The position numbers and the translations under genes were made by a program. Below the pieces are notes generated by a model that worked only from the letters and a program-made list of their open reading frames with translations, ran no database searches and was not told where the DNA came from. DNA of 64,000 bases, taken from Flavobacteriales bacterium. GTDB lineage: Bacteria; Bacteroidota; Bacteroidia; Flavobacteriales_D; Parvicellaceae. This document shows, in pieces, positions 29,865 to 39,909 of this stretch (within the stretch, counting starts at the first letter, position 1; each line of letters begins with the position of its first letter). The stretch covers positions 20,244 through 84,243 of the forward strand of contig JAGYKU010000003.1 in assembly GCA_018401455.1 (NCBI GenBank), in the 5' to 3' direction.

Positions 29865-32399
29865 GTGTTTAGATTTGGAATTTCCATCATATTTTTGTTT
29901 TTCTCTCATTTGTTATGGGCAGGAGTAATTCATGGAGTAGTGCTCGATGAAAACAATGCTCCAATGCCCTTTGCTAGCGTCTATGTCAAAAATTCAACTT
30001 ATGGAACTTCTACGGATTTAAAAGGTACTTTTTTTCTAGAGTTAAAAAAAGGTGAATATGAAGTGGTTTTTAGTTTTGTAGGCTATCATCCCAAAACTAT
30101 CAAAGTAAATGTTGGCGAACGAACCAAAACCTATCACAAAGTTGAGTTGCAACCCAATTTGAACGAACTCAATGCTGTAGAAGTGGTTTCCAACACCAAA
30201 AATCTCGCAAAAGAAGTCATGCAAAACGCCAGAGCGCAACGCAACTTTTATGACAATCAAATTCAAGATTTTAAGTGCAAAACCTACCTCAAAACCTCTT
30301 TGGAAAAAGAACTTAAAAAACAAGAGGAACTTGATTCTATTACTATAAAAAACGCAGAAGCATTGTCTTTGGACAATTTTTATAAAAAAGAAAAACTCAA
30401 TCTTATAGAATACATTTCCATTACGTATTTCAAGAAATCTAACCAATGGAAAGAAGAAATTGATGCCTTTCACGATTTTGCAGAGATGAAAGCGCCTTCT
30501 CAAAGAGGAACATCAATTGGCATCTCCATAGGCGAATCTGATATTGCTCCAGTAGTGGCAGAAGCAGAAAACCCATACATATTGTATGAAGATATGAGAA
30601 GTAGCGATTTGAACTTTTATGATAATTTGATTCATTTTCCATCTTTGAGTAAAAAACCTTTACTTTCTCCATTGGCGGCAACTTCTGGTTTGAGTTATCA
30701 GTTCGACTTGGAAGGTTCTTTTTATGAAAACAATGTCAAAATATACAAAATCAAAGTAAAACCTATATTCATTACAGACCCTCTTTTTTATGGAACAATT
30801 TATATTCAAGATAGTACTTGGGCATTGCTTTCGGTAGATTTATTTGTAAATAAAGCTGCGCTCAACTTCTGTAAAGAGTTTCATATCATTCAAAATTATG
30901 AAGAAATTCAAAAAGATGTATTTCTTCCTGTAAGAAGAGAAATGAATTATGTAATCAGTGATGGAAAGCACAACGTAATCGGAAATACAAGAATTCAACA
31001 CACCGATTATGAAGTGAACATTGGATTAAAAAATAGTGATTTTGGCAATGAAATAAAAATATTTTCTCCTTTGGCATTCGATAGAGATACGAGTTTTTGG
31101 CAAACCAATAGACCCATTAAACTTAAAGATGCCGAGTTGAAATTCATCAGCGAAACAGACAGTATTCGAGAATATTTCGAAAGCCCAGAATATTTAGCAA
31201 AGCAAGATTCGAGTTTCAATAAAATTAATTTTTGGAGCATACTCAATGGAATTGGGCATCGAAATAGAGTAAGAGGTACAGAATGGTATATCAGTGGAAT
31301 TTTTGAACAGATGAATTTTTTTGGAATAGGAGGTTACAGACATAAATTGCCAGGATATTTTCAAAAAGAATTTAAAAACAACCACATGGTTGAAGCGAGA
31401 GGCTTTGTAGATTATGGATTTAACAATAAGGATGTAAAAGGCAAAATAGGAATTGGATATACCTATAAGCCTCTCAAATTTATGAGAACATTTGTCGAAG
31501 TAGGTGATTATTACGATATGATTAATGATTTCGCTTCAATCCAGCAAACATTTAGTAGGAGTAATTATGTAAGAAATCTAACCTTTAGCGTGGCTCAAAA
31601 GATGGAAATCATCAATGGGCTTTTTGCAGAGTTGACTTTTGCTTTTTCTGACCAAGCACCGATTAATAATTTGCAATTAGAAAATTGGTCTAATGAATTG
31701 TTTGGAGCACTCAATACGCCTGTAGATTTTGAAAGATACATCAAATCTGAGTTGCGATTGGAGTTGAAATACAGATACAAACAGAAGTTTTACATCAAAA
31801 AGAACAAGAAAATCATTTTAGGTTCAAAATATCCAGAATTGAGTTTGCTGTATAGAAAAGGATTACCCAATTTATTTGGTAGTGAAGTTGATTTTGATTT
31901 TTTTGAGATTATGTTGCGAGACGATAAAAATATTGCCCGTTGGGGAACGATGCGCTGGGATTTTAGAATTGGTTCTTTTTTGAATCGCAATAATTTGAGA
32001 ATATTAGAACATAAATATTTTAGAGGTTCAGACAATTTCTTTTTCTCCGATCCATTAAGAAGTTTCCAGTTGCTCGGGCCTACTTTAAGTACGCCCAATT
32101 CCTATTTGAAGATGAGTGGTATTCATCATTTTGAAGGCGCTTTGGCAAATAAAATTCCCTATTTCAATCGTTTGAAAGTCCATTTTGCAGCAGGTGCAGG
32201 TTTTTTATCCATTCCAGAGAACGATTTCTTTCACGCAGAAGCTTTTGCAGGTTTGGAGCGTGTTTTTAGAATCAAAAAACAATTATTTAGAATCGGAGCC
32301 TATGCCGTAACCGCTGATAACTCTGTAAGTGAAGCTACTTTTACCTATAAATTTGGCATTAGTTTTTACAATACGTTTACCAAAAAGTATGATTATTAG
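29865..32399 (+). CDS. DUF5686-type outer-membrane protein with N-terminal carboxypeptidase-like regulatory domain
   Basis: GVVLDENNAPMPFASV...VFSFVGY domain, SPLA motif, FWQTNRPIKL, C-terminal barrel. Confidence 0.82.
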   Translation: MFRFGISIIFLFFSHLLWAGVIHGVVLDENNAPMPFASVYVKNSTYGTSTDLKGTFFLELKKGEYEVVFSFVGYHPKTIKVNVGERTKTYHKVELQPNLNELNAVEVVSNTKNLAKEVMQNARAQRNFYDNQIQDFKCKTYLKTSLEKELKKQEELDSITIKNAEALSLDNFYKKEKLNLIEYISITYFKKSNQWKEEIDAFHDFAEMKAPSQRGTSIGISIGESDIAPVVAEAENPYILYEDMRSSDLNFYDNLIHFPSLSKKPLLSPLAATSGLSYQFDLEGSFYENNVKIYKIKVKPIFITDPLFYGTIYIQDSTWALLSVDLFVNKAALNFCKEFHIIQNYEEIQKDVFLPVRREMNYVISDGKHNVIGNTRIQHTDYEVNIGLKNSDFGNEIKIFSPLAFDRDTSFWQTNRPIKLKDAELKFISETDSIREYFESPEYLAKQDSSFNKINFWSILNGIGHRNRVRGTEWYISGIFEQMNFFGIGGYRHKLPGYFQKEFKNNHMVEARGFVDYGFNNKDVKGKIGIGYTYKPLKFMRTFVEVGDYYDMINDFASIQQTFSRSNYVRNLTFSVAQKMEIINGLFAELTFAFSDQAPINNLQLENWSNELFGALNTPVDFERYIKSELRLELKYRYKQKFYIKKNKKIILGSKYPELSLLYRKGLPNLFGSEVDFDFFEIMLRDDKNIARWGTMRWDFRIGSFLNRNNLRILEHKYFRGSDNFFFSDPLRSFQLLGPTLSTPNSYLKMSGIHHFEGALANKIPYFNRLKVHFAAGAGFLSIPENDFFHAEAFAGLERVFRIKKQLFRIGAYAVTADNSVSEATFTYKFGISFYNTFTKKYDY

Positions 32400-32511
32400 A
32401 CCTTTATTCCTTAATTTTTTAAATAAATATTTTATATTTGTTTGAACTTAATTTATACAAATGGAATAAACACCAGTTTTTTGTGTTTAGAAAAGTGTTG
32501 TGGTGTATAAG

Positions 32512-33230
32512 ATGAAAGAACAAATAAGAATCATATGGTTTTCTATTCTGCTAGTTGCAGGCAGTTTACCCGTTAATGCACAGTTAGTTATTGACGATAT
32601 TAAAACTATATCTATAACTGATAGGGTTAATTGGAATTATGAAAGCGTAAACTCATTTGTTTGGGAGATTAAGTTTAAAGATTCTCTTGAATTATGGTAT
32701 ACCAAGCAAATTTCACGTGCGGAATTTGAAAGCAAGATTAATAAGACCAAAGTAGATAGTTTGAACTTGCTATTTCAAGAATATAGAAAATTAGGGCTTG
32801 ACAACTTAAAAGACTATATGACAGAACGCAATTTACTTTTGGAGAAAGATTACAATCTGTATTGTGATACTGTTAGTCCCTATTTTTATAAGAAACATTG
32901 ATAGACAAGAAATTATAAACCTTTCAAATGCTTTGTGGACACAACACATTACGAAAAATTCATTAACAGAACTTGAACCAGTGATAGTATTTGAAGACTT
33001 AGGGATGTTTATGACAAGTTATTATCCTTAGTAGGAGTAACTATTGTACTAAATTCAGGTGACTCATTGATAGCATAATAGACGGACAAGGCGATCTAAC
33101 AATTCATGGAATTTGAAGCATTTAATTTCAAATCATTCAACCCAATACATTAATAGGAGCATTGTATGCCATTTTACCAGAAGAAATGACTTAAACAGAA
33201 AACGTTTGACAACAGAATATCTAAAAATAA
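32512..33230 (+). pseudogene. Hypothetical exported protein; N-terminal ORF intact to 32901, remainder an indel-rich copy of the sequence in 34295-34564
   Basis: Signal peptide MKEQIRIIWFSILLVAGSLPVNAQ; 32969-33230 aligns by eye to 34295-34564 with many single-base indels. Confidence 0.55.
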
Positions 33231-33541
33231 AAACACGACACCACAACAACTAATCATTTAACTGCCGACTGCTTTTTGCAAAAAAGTTTCAGCCATAGAG
33301 GTAGACACGTGAATGTAGTGTTGAATGACCCGAAGTTGGGTTACGTGGAAAACGATTATGATTGTATTTTAATTTTAAATCTGAGGGTTTAAACTATAAC
33401 GAAAAACTTTAATGAATTTTGCCACGAATGCACGAATGTCATATTATTCTTACGTTTGGATTATTAATTTTATTTGTATCAATATCTAAAACATAGACCG
33501 CCAAATATTAACAAAAGCCAAATATTCATTGCATTGCGTGG

Positions 33542-34035
33542 AAACAATAACTCATTACTTTCCAGAATATATATTTTAATAATTATAGTCACACATACAC
33601 GTTTAGCATTTAGTCGTGCATTCTGCTAAAAACAATTAACTGCAATATTTTATCTTTTTCTAGAATATATATTTTTAATAGTATAATCACACATACACGT
33701 TTAGCATTTTATTCATTCATTGGCTAAAAAACAATTAACTGTCATATTACTTTTCCAGAATGATATATTTTTAATAATTATAGATCACCAACATACACGT
33801 TTAGCATTTTATTCGTGCATTCAGGGTGAAATTGCATAAAACAATTAACTGTCATTTACCTTTTCTTAGAATATATATTTTAATAATTATAGTCACACAT
33901 ACACGTTTAGCATTTTATTCGTGCATTCGTGGTAAAAAAACAATTAACTTTCATTTACTTTTCTCTAGAATATATATTTTTAATAATTATAATCACACAT
34001 ACACGTTTAGCATTTTATTCGTGCATTCGTGGCTA
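33542..34035. repeat. Five imperfect tandem copies of a ~97-bp unit
   Basis: Unit: aaacaattaact...agaatatatatttttaataattatagtcacacatacacgtttagcattttattcgtgcattcgtggct. Confidence 0.9.
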
Positions 34036-34213
34036 AAAATAAATAACCACTTAATTTGATTTTAAAAAAAAGCACTCATTATTTCAAATTGCTTAATAAA
34101 TTATTTCTACATTTGAAGAACAGTATTTACGGGTTGGTCGAACACATAAAGTAACTGATGAAAAAACAACTATTATTTCATAAAAATATTTGAGGAGAAT
34201 AAAGTTATAAGAC

Positions 34214-34564
34214 ATGGAAAGTATATATATTCACAAAGCCACAATATTCGAATGCTTACAATTCTATTGGCTCAGAAATCAAAATAATCATAACGAACTT
34301 GAACCTGCTGATAGTATTATCGAAGACTTAGGGATGTTTATGACAAGTTATTATCCTTTAGTAGGAGTAACTATTGTACTAAATTCAGGTGACTCATTGA
34401 TAGCATATTGTGACGGACAAGGTGATCTAACAATTCCATGGAATTTGAAGCATTTTAATTTCAAATCATTCAACCCATACATTAATAGAGCATTGTATGC
34501 CATTTTACCAGAAGAAATGAACTTAAACAGAAAACGTTTGACAACAGGAATATCTAAAAAATAA
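34214..34564 (+). CDS. Intact C-terminal portion of the hypothetical protein begun at 32512
   Basis: 116-aa ORF; from 34295 it duplicates the degraded segment at 32969-33230. Confidence 0.5.
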   Translation: MESIYIHKATIFECLQFYWLRNQNNHNELEPADSIIEDLGMFMTSYYPLVGVTIVLNSGDSLIAYCDGQGDLTIPWNLKHFNFKSFNPYINRALYAILPEEMNLNRKRLTTGISKK

Positions 34565-34768
34565 AAACACGACACCACAACAACTAATCATTCTAACTGC
34601 CGACTGCTTGCCTTTTCGGCAAAGACAAAGTTTCAGCCATAGGGTAGACACGTGAATGTAGTGTTGAATGACCCGAAGTTGGGTTACGTGGAAAACGATT
34701 ATGATTGTATTTTAATTTTTAAATCTGAGGGTTTAAACTATAACTTGGAAAAAACTTTAATGAATTTT

Positions 34769-34890
34769 GCCACGAATGCACGAATGTCATATTATTCTTA
34801 CGTTTGATGATTATTAAATTTATTTGTATCAATGTTTAAAAAACAGACCGCCAAATATTAACAAAATCCAAAAATTCGTGCATTCGTGGC
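34769..34890. mobile_element. MITE-like element with perfect 17-bp inverted arms built from an 8-bp repeat
   Basis: GCCACGAATGCACGAAT (34769-34785) and ATTCGTGCATTCGTGGC (34874-34890); the left arm also occurs at 33421. Confidence 0.55.
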
Positions 34891-34999
34891 TAAAAAAATA
34901 TATTCTATTTCTTAATTTGGTTTTTAAAAAAGTACCTCATTATTTCAAATTAATAAATTATTTCTACATTTGAAGAACTAATTTGTATTATTTAAAAAT

Positions 35000-35758
35000 T
35001 TGATCAGAGCACTAGTCATAGACGATGAATTTCCAGCAAGAGAAAATCTCAAAATTTTAATCAGTGATTTTTGTGAAGGAATCGAAGTTGTTGGTACTGC
35101 TTCTAATATTTCTGAAGCCAAAAAGTTAATTCACGAAATACAACCACAAGTGATTTTCTTAGACATCAGAATGCCTTCAGGTGCTGAGGGTTTTGATTTG
35201 TTGGATTCCTTCGAAACCATAGATTTTGAAGTGGTATTTGTCACAGCTTTTAAAGATTACGCCATTCAGGCATTCAAAGCAAATGCACTGGACTATGTAA
35301 TGAAACCAGTAGAAATCGAAGAACTCATTGAAACAGCAAAAAGAGTAGTAGCAAAGTTTAAGCAACCGCACTTAATTCAGAATAACAAACAATTCGTCAA
35401 CAATGCGCTCAGTACGATTCACAACAAACAAGTAGAAAGAATCGCTATTTCTCATCAAAAAGGAATGAAACTCATAGAAGTATCAGACATTGTTCATCTT
35501 CAAGCGAGTAGTAATTATACAGAATTGAAATTTAAAGATGGCACTAAGTTTTTAGATTCTAGAACCTTAAAAACCTACCACGAATTGTTGCCAAATACAA
35601 CCTTTATGAGAGTGCATCATTCACATATTGTGCAACTTAAAGAAATTTCTGAGTATTCCACAGAAGATGGGCATTCTGTGATTTTAAAAAATGGTGAAAT
35701 GGTTCCAGTAAGTAGAGCCAATTTACCTGAATTAATGGGATACTTCAATGCTATTTAA
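35000..35758 (+). CDS. LytR/AlgR family response regulator (REC plus LytTR)
   Basis: IDDE, FLDIRMP, FVTAF, KP, FMRVHHSHIV; TACATTTG promoter at 34965. Confidence 0.93.
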   Translation: MIRALVIDDEFPARENLKILISDFCEGIEVVGTASNISEAKKLIHEIQPQVIFLDIRMPSGAEGFDLLDSFETIDFEVVFVTAFKDYAIQAFKANALDYVMKPVEIEELIETAKRVVAKFKQPHLIQNNKQFVNNALSTIHNKQVERIAISHQKGMKLIEVSDIVHLQASSNYTELKFKDGTKFLDSRTLKTYHELLPNTTFMRVHHSHIVQLKEISEYSTEDGHSVILKNGEMVPVSRANLPELMGYFNAI

Positions 35759-35874
35759 ATAGAACAATTCTAAATAAGGTGATAATCCATTTTTAATGTC
35801 AAATTTTCCAAAACTATCAAACCTTATTCTTTCTCACTTGTTATATTTGCAAACAAATTATAAAATTTATTTCA

Positions 35875-36567
35875 ATGAGTGAAAATAGGATATCGAAGTC
35901 ATCTGTGGGGAAAAAGATATTGATGGCTTTATCAGGATTTTTTCTTTTATTCTTCTTATTACAACATTTTGCAATCAATATGCTTTCGGTAATAAGTGCA
36001 GAAGCATTTAACAGTGTTTCTGATTTTATGGGTTACAACCCTGTTGTTCAACTTTTCTTACAGCCCGTTTTGATATTTGGTGTGGTTTTTCACCTTGCAA
36101 TGGGAATGATTTTGGAAATTCAAAACAACAAAGCAAGAGCGTTGAAGTACAATAAATTCAATGGCGCTGCAAATTCATCGTGGATGTCTAGAAATATGAT
36201 TATTACTGGAGTTATGGTTTTGTTGTTTTTAGTACTTCATTTCTATGACTTTTGGTGGCACGAGATTTCAGTGAAGTATGTAAATTCAGGGGCAAATAAT
36301 TTTACAAGCGGTACTAGAGATGCCAATAGATATTACCACGAATTACAAGCAAAATTCACTGACGTTGTAAGAGTATTGATTTACTGTGTATCATTTATTT
36401 TCTTGGCGTTGCACTTGTTGCACGGTTTCCAATCAGCATTTCAATCCGTAGGATTTAGACATAATAAGTACACTCCTTTTATCAAGAAATTGGGAACTCT
36501 TTATGCTATTATAATTCCTTTAGGATTTATTTTTATTGCAATTTTTCATTACATTAAAACTTTATAA
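35875..36567 (+). CDS. sdhC: Succinate dehydrogenase/fumarate reductase cytochrome b subunit
   Basis: SSVGKKILMALSG, heme His residues, HLLHGFQSAFQS; TATATTTG promoter at 35842. Confidence 0.93.
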   Translation: MSENRISKSSVGKKILMALSGFFLLFFLLQHFAINMLSVISAEAFNSVSDFMGYNPVVQLFLQPVLIFGVVFHLAMGMILEIQNNKARALKYNKFNGAANSSWMSRNMIITGVMVLLFLVLHFYDFWWHEISVKYVNSGANNFTSGTRDANRYYHELQAKFTDVVRVLIYCVSFIFLALHLLHGFQSAFQSVGFRHNKYTPFIKKLGTLYAIIIPLGFIFIAIFHYIKTL

Positions 36568-36573
36568 TCTATT

Positions 36574-38589
36574 ATGGCAACATTAGATTCGAAAATACCA
36601 GCAGGTCCAATTCACGAGAAATGGACAAATCATAAAAACCATATTAACTTGGTAAACCCTGCCAACAAACGTCATATTGACATTATTGTGGTGGGTACAG
36701 GTTTGGCAGGAGGTGCAGCCGCTGCATCATTAGCAGAGATGGGATACAACGTAAAAGCGTTTTGTTACCAAGATTCTCCAAGAAGAGCACACTCAATTGC
36801 TGCACAAGGAGGAATTAACGCTGCTAAGAACTATCAAAACGATGGAGACAGCGTTTACAGACTTTTTTACGATACTGTAAAAGGAGGAGATTATAGAGCC
36901 AGAGAAGCAAATGTTCATAGATTAGCTGAGGTTTCGGCTAACATTATAGATCAATGTGTGGCTCAAGGTGTTCCTTTCGCAAGAGATTACGGAGGATTGT
37001 TAGACAATCGTTCTTTCGGTGGAGTATTGGTTTCACGTACTTTTTATGCGAAAGGACAAACAGGTCAGCAATTACTTTTAGGAGCATACTCTGCTTTGAG
37101 CCGTCAAATCGGTAAGGGTAAAGTACAAATGCTTGGAAGACACGAAATGTTGGATTTGGTTCTTATAGGTGGAAAAGCAAGAGGAATTATTGCAAGAAAC
37201 TTGGTGACAGGAGAAATTGAAAGACATTCTGCTCATGCTGTAGTTCTAGCTACTGGTGGTTATGGAAATGTATTTTTCCTTTCTACCAATGCAATGGGAA
37301 GTAACGTTACGGCAGCTTGGAGAGCTCACAAAAGAGGAGCTTACTTTGCAAATCCTTGTTTCACACAAATTCACCCAACTTGTATTCCAAGATCTGGAGA
37401 ACATCAATCTAAACTTACTTTGATGTCAGAATCATTGAGAAATGATGGTAGAATTTGGGTTCCAGGAAAAGTAGAAGATGCTAAAGCCATTAGAGATGGG
37501 AAATTAAAACCTACTCAAATAAAAGAAGAAGATAGAGATTATTTCTTAGAAAGAAGATATCCAGCTTTTGGAAATTTAGTACCTAGAGATGTTGCTTCCA
37601 GAGCAGCAAAAGAAAGATGTGACGAAGGATTTGGGGTGAATGCAACTGGAGAAGCGGTTTATCTTGATTTTCAAAGCGCGATTATGCGTTATGGAAAAGA
37701 AAAAGCAATGGTAGAAGGAATTCAAAATCCATCAGCCGACAAAATTCAAGCATTAGGAAAAGCTGTAATTGAAGCAAAATACGGAAACTTGTTTCAAATG
37801 TATTACAAAATTACAGATGAAAATCCTTACGAAACACCAATGAAAATTTACCCTGCTGTACATTATACTATGGGTGGAATTTGGGTAGATTACAATTTGA
37901 TGACAACTATTCCTGGTTGTTATGCTGCTGGAGAAGCAAACTTTTCTGAGCATGGAGCAAATAGATTGGGAGCGTCAGCTTTGATGCAAGGTTTGGCGGA
38001 TGGTTATTTTGTATTGCCATACACCATTGGTGAATATCTTTCAAGCGAAATTAGAACTGGAAAAATTTCAACAGATTTACCAGAATTTATTGAAGCAGAG
38101 AAAAATGTAAAAGACCAAATTGAAAAAATGATAAACATCAAAGGAACTAAATCTGTGGATTATTTTCACAAGAGATTAGGAAAAGTGATGTGGGACAAAG
38201 TTGGTATGGCCAGAAATGCTCAAGGTCTAACGGAAGCAATGGCTGAAATTAGAGCTATTAGAGAGGAATTTTGGAGTGATGTGAGAATACCAGGAACACC
38301 TAATGGATTAAATCCAGAATTGGAGAAAGCGGGTAGAGTTGCAGATTTCTTAGAATTAGGAGAGTTGTTTGCAAAAGATGCTTTGGATAGAAATGAGTCT
38401 TGTGGAGGTCACTTCAGAGAAGAATCAGTTGAGTTGGATGGAGAGCAAAAAGGAGAAGCGAAAAGAGACGATGTGAATTTTGCGCATGTTTCCGCTTGGG
38501 AATGGACAGGAGATCCAGCAACTTCAGTGAAACACAAAGAAGAATTGGTTTACGAAAATATTAAAATGGTTCAGAGATCTTATAAGTAA
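36574..38589 (+). CDS. sdhA: Succinate dehydrogenase/fumarate reductase flavoprotein
   Basis: [34 protein letters not shown]. Confidence 0.96.
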   Translation: MATLDSKIPAGPIHEKWTNHKNHINLVNPANKRHIDIIVVGTGLAGGAAAASLAEMGYNVKAFCYQDSPRRAHSIAAQGGINAAKNYQNDGDSVYRLFYDTVKGGDYRAREANVHRLAEVSANIIDQCVAQGVPFARDYGGLLDNRSFGGVLVSRTFYAKGQTGQQLLLGAYSALSRQIGKGKVQMLGRHEMLDLVLIGGKARGIIARNLVTGEIERHSAHAVVLATGGYGNVFFLSTNAMGSNVTAAWRAHKRGAYFANPCFTQIHPTCIPRSGEHQSKLTLMSESLRNDGRIWVPGKVEDAKAIRDGKLKPTQIKEEDRDYFLERRYPAFGNLVPRDVASRAAKERCDEGFGVNATGEAVYLDFQSAIMRYGKEKAMVEGIQNPSADKIQALGKAVIEAKYGNLFQMYYKITDENPYETPMKIYPAVHYTMGGIWVDYNLMTTIPGCYAAGEANFSEHGANRLGASALMQGLADGYFVLPYTIGEYLSSEIRTGKISTDLPEFIEAEKNVKDQIEKMINIKGTKSVDYFHKRLGKVMWDKVGMARNAQGLTEAMAEIRAIREEFWSDVRIPGTPNGLNPELEKAGRVADFLELGELFAKDALDRNESCGGHFREESVELDGEQKGEAKRDDVNFAHVSAWEWTGDPATSVKHKEELVYENIKMVQRSYK

Positions 38590-38596
38590 TGAGTAT

Positions 38597-38635
38597 TTAG
38601 TTGTTAGTCGTTAGTGATTAGCGGATTGTAGTTAG
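38597..38635. repeat. Left heptad arm (TTAGnnn) flanking the four-helix-bundle gene
   Basis: TTAG at 38597, 38604, 38611, 38618 and 38632. Confidence 0.85.
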
Positions 38636-38642
38636 AAAGGAA

Positions 38643-39011
38643 ATGGGAAAAGTAAATTCATATAAAGAACTAATTGTTTGGCAAAAGTCAATTGATTTTG
38701 TTGTGCATATTTATGAGTTATTAAAATTATTTCCAGAAAATGAAAAATTTGCATTATCACAACAAATAAAAAGAAGTTCAATTTCTATACCTTCAAATAT
38801 TGCAGAAGGCTGGGGAAGAAAAACTGAAAAAAGTTTTGATTATTTTTTATCTGTAACAAGAGGTTCTTTATATGAATTACAAACACAAGTTCTAATTGCA
38901 GCAAAGTTGAATTACATTTCAATGGATGATAGTACTGATATTGAAAATAAAATTGACGAAATTGGTAAAATGACAAACGCTTTAATGAATAAATTAAAAA
39001 CAAATAGTTAA
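38643..39011 (+). CDS. Four helix bundle protein (23S rRNA intervening sequence protein family, TIGR02436/PF05635, Avd-like fold)
   Basis: SYKELIVWQKS, FPENEKFALSQQIKRSSISIPSNIAEG, RGSLYELQTQ. Confidence 0.93.
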   Translation: MGKVNSYKELIVWQKSIDFVVHIYELLKLFPENEKFALSQQIKRSSISIPSNIAEGWGRKTEKSFDYFLSVTRGSLYELQTQVLIAAKLNYISMDDSTDIENKIDEIGKMTNALMNKLKTNS

Positions 39012-39027
39012 TCGCTATTAGTTACAA

Positions 39028-39066
39028 CTAAGTGCTAACCACTAACAACTAATAGCTAAAGACTAA
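39028..39066. repeat. Right heptad arm (CTAAnnn), inverse of the left arm
   Basis: CTAA at 39028, 39035, 39042, 39049, 39056 and 39063. Confidence 0.88.
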
Positions 39067-39080
39067 AAAAAGATAAAAAA

Positions 39081-39845
39081 ATGGCTGAGAAATTAATAAA
39101 TATAAACCTAAAGATTTGGCGTCAGCAAAATGGTCAATCACAAGGTAAAATGGTTGATTATCCTTTGAAAGGTGTTTCTACAGATTCATCATTCTTGGAT
39201 ATGTTGGACATGCTCAACGAAGAGTTAGTTAATAAAGGTGACGAACCAGTTGCTTTTGATCACGATTGTCGTGAAGGAATTTGCGGTATGTGTTCTTTGT
39301 ATATTAATGGAGAAGCTCACGGACCTGATAGAGGAGTTACTACTTGTCAGTTGCACATGAGAATGTTCAAAGATGGTGAAACAATTACAGTAGAACCTTT
39401 TAGAGCAAACGCTTTCCCAGTAGTTAGAGACTTGGTGGTAGATAGAAGTGCTTTTGATAGAATTATGCAAAAAGGTGGTTTCGTAAGTGTGAACACTTCT
39501 GGGAATACGCAAGATGCGAATGCACTTCCAATTCCTAAAGTAGATGCAGATAAAGCTTTTGATGCAGCTACTTGTATTGGATGTGGAGCTTGTGTTGCAA
39601 CTTGTAAAAATGCTTCTGCAATGCTTTTCGTTTCTGCAAAAGTTTCTCAATTATCATTGTTGCCTCAAGGTAAAGTAGAAGCCAAAGAACGTGTTTTGAA
39701 TATGGTGAACCAAATGGATTTAGAAGGTTTTGGAAACTGTACTAACACAGGTGCTTGCGAAGTAGAATGTCCAAAAGGAATTTCTTTGGATAACATCGCT
39801 AGAATGAATAGAGAATATTTGAAAGCAACTGTAACTATAGATTAG
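39081..39845 (+). CDS. sdhB: Succinate dehydrogenase/fumarate reductase iron-sulfur subunit
   Basis: [32 protein letters not shown]. Confidence 0.96.
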   Translation: MAEKLININLKIWRQQNGQSQGKMVDYPLKGVSTDSSFLDMLDMLNEELVNKGDEPVAFDHDCREGICGMCSLYINGEAHGPDRGVTTCQLHMRMFKDGETITVEPFRANAFPVVRDLVVDRSAFDRIMQKGGFVSVNTSGNTQDANALPIPKVDADKAFDAATCIGCGACVATCKNASAMLFVSAKVSQLSLLPQGKVEAKERVLNMVNQMDLEGFGNCTNTGACEVECPKGISLDNIARMNREYLKATVTID

Positions 39846-39870
39846 TAGTTCAACTAAAGAATATAAGTTC

Positions 39871-39908
39871 AAAAAAAAGCGGAACCAATAATTGGATTCC
39901 GCTTTTTT
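39871..39908. terminator. Bidirectional terminator between sdhB and the LytTR gene
   Basis: A8-gcggaaccaat...attggattccgc-T6. Confidence 0.85.
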
Positions 39909-39909
39909 G

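Larger units (their letters stand above)
32969..34978. repeat. Near-tandem duplication: 32969-34121 versus 34295-34978
   Basis: Shared from gaacttgaacc to tacatttgaagaac; the first copy is noisy and contains an extra array. Confidence 0.85.

Noticed and set aside
33542-34035. CRISPR or repeat-spacer array
   Set aside because: The sequence between the conserved motifs is the same in every unit apart from noise, so it is a tandem repeat.
33826-34059. 77-aa ORF in the tandem array, and 29631-29909 in the repeat cluster
   Set aside because: These are translations of repeat DNA, and the frame is not kept between units.
34640-34720. Possible RAYT transposase remnant (LNDPKLGYVENDYD)
   Set aside because: The resemblance is too short and weak to support without a search.
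38643-39011. Diversity-generating retroelement or rRNA intervening sequence
   Set aside because: Only an Avd-like fold is present. There is no reverse transcriptase, no TR/VR pair and no rRNA gene in the window.
16825-39845. Genome-wide TAG reassignment
   Set aside because: Several genes, including sdhB and the YhhN gene, end at TAG at their expected lengths.
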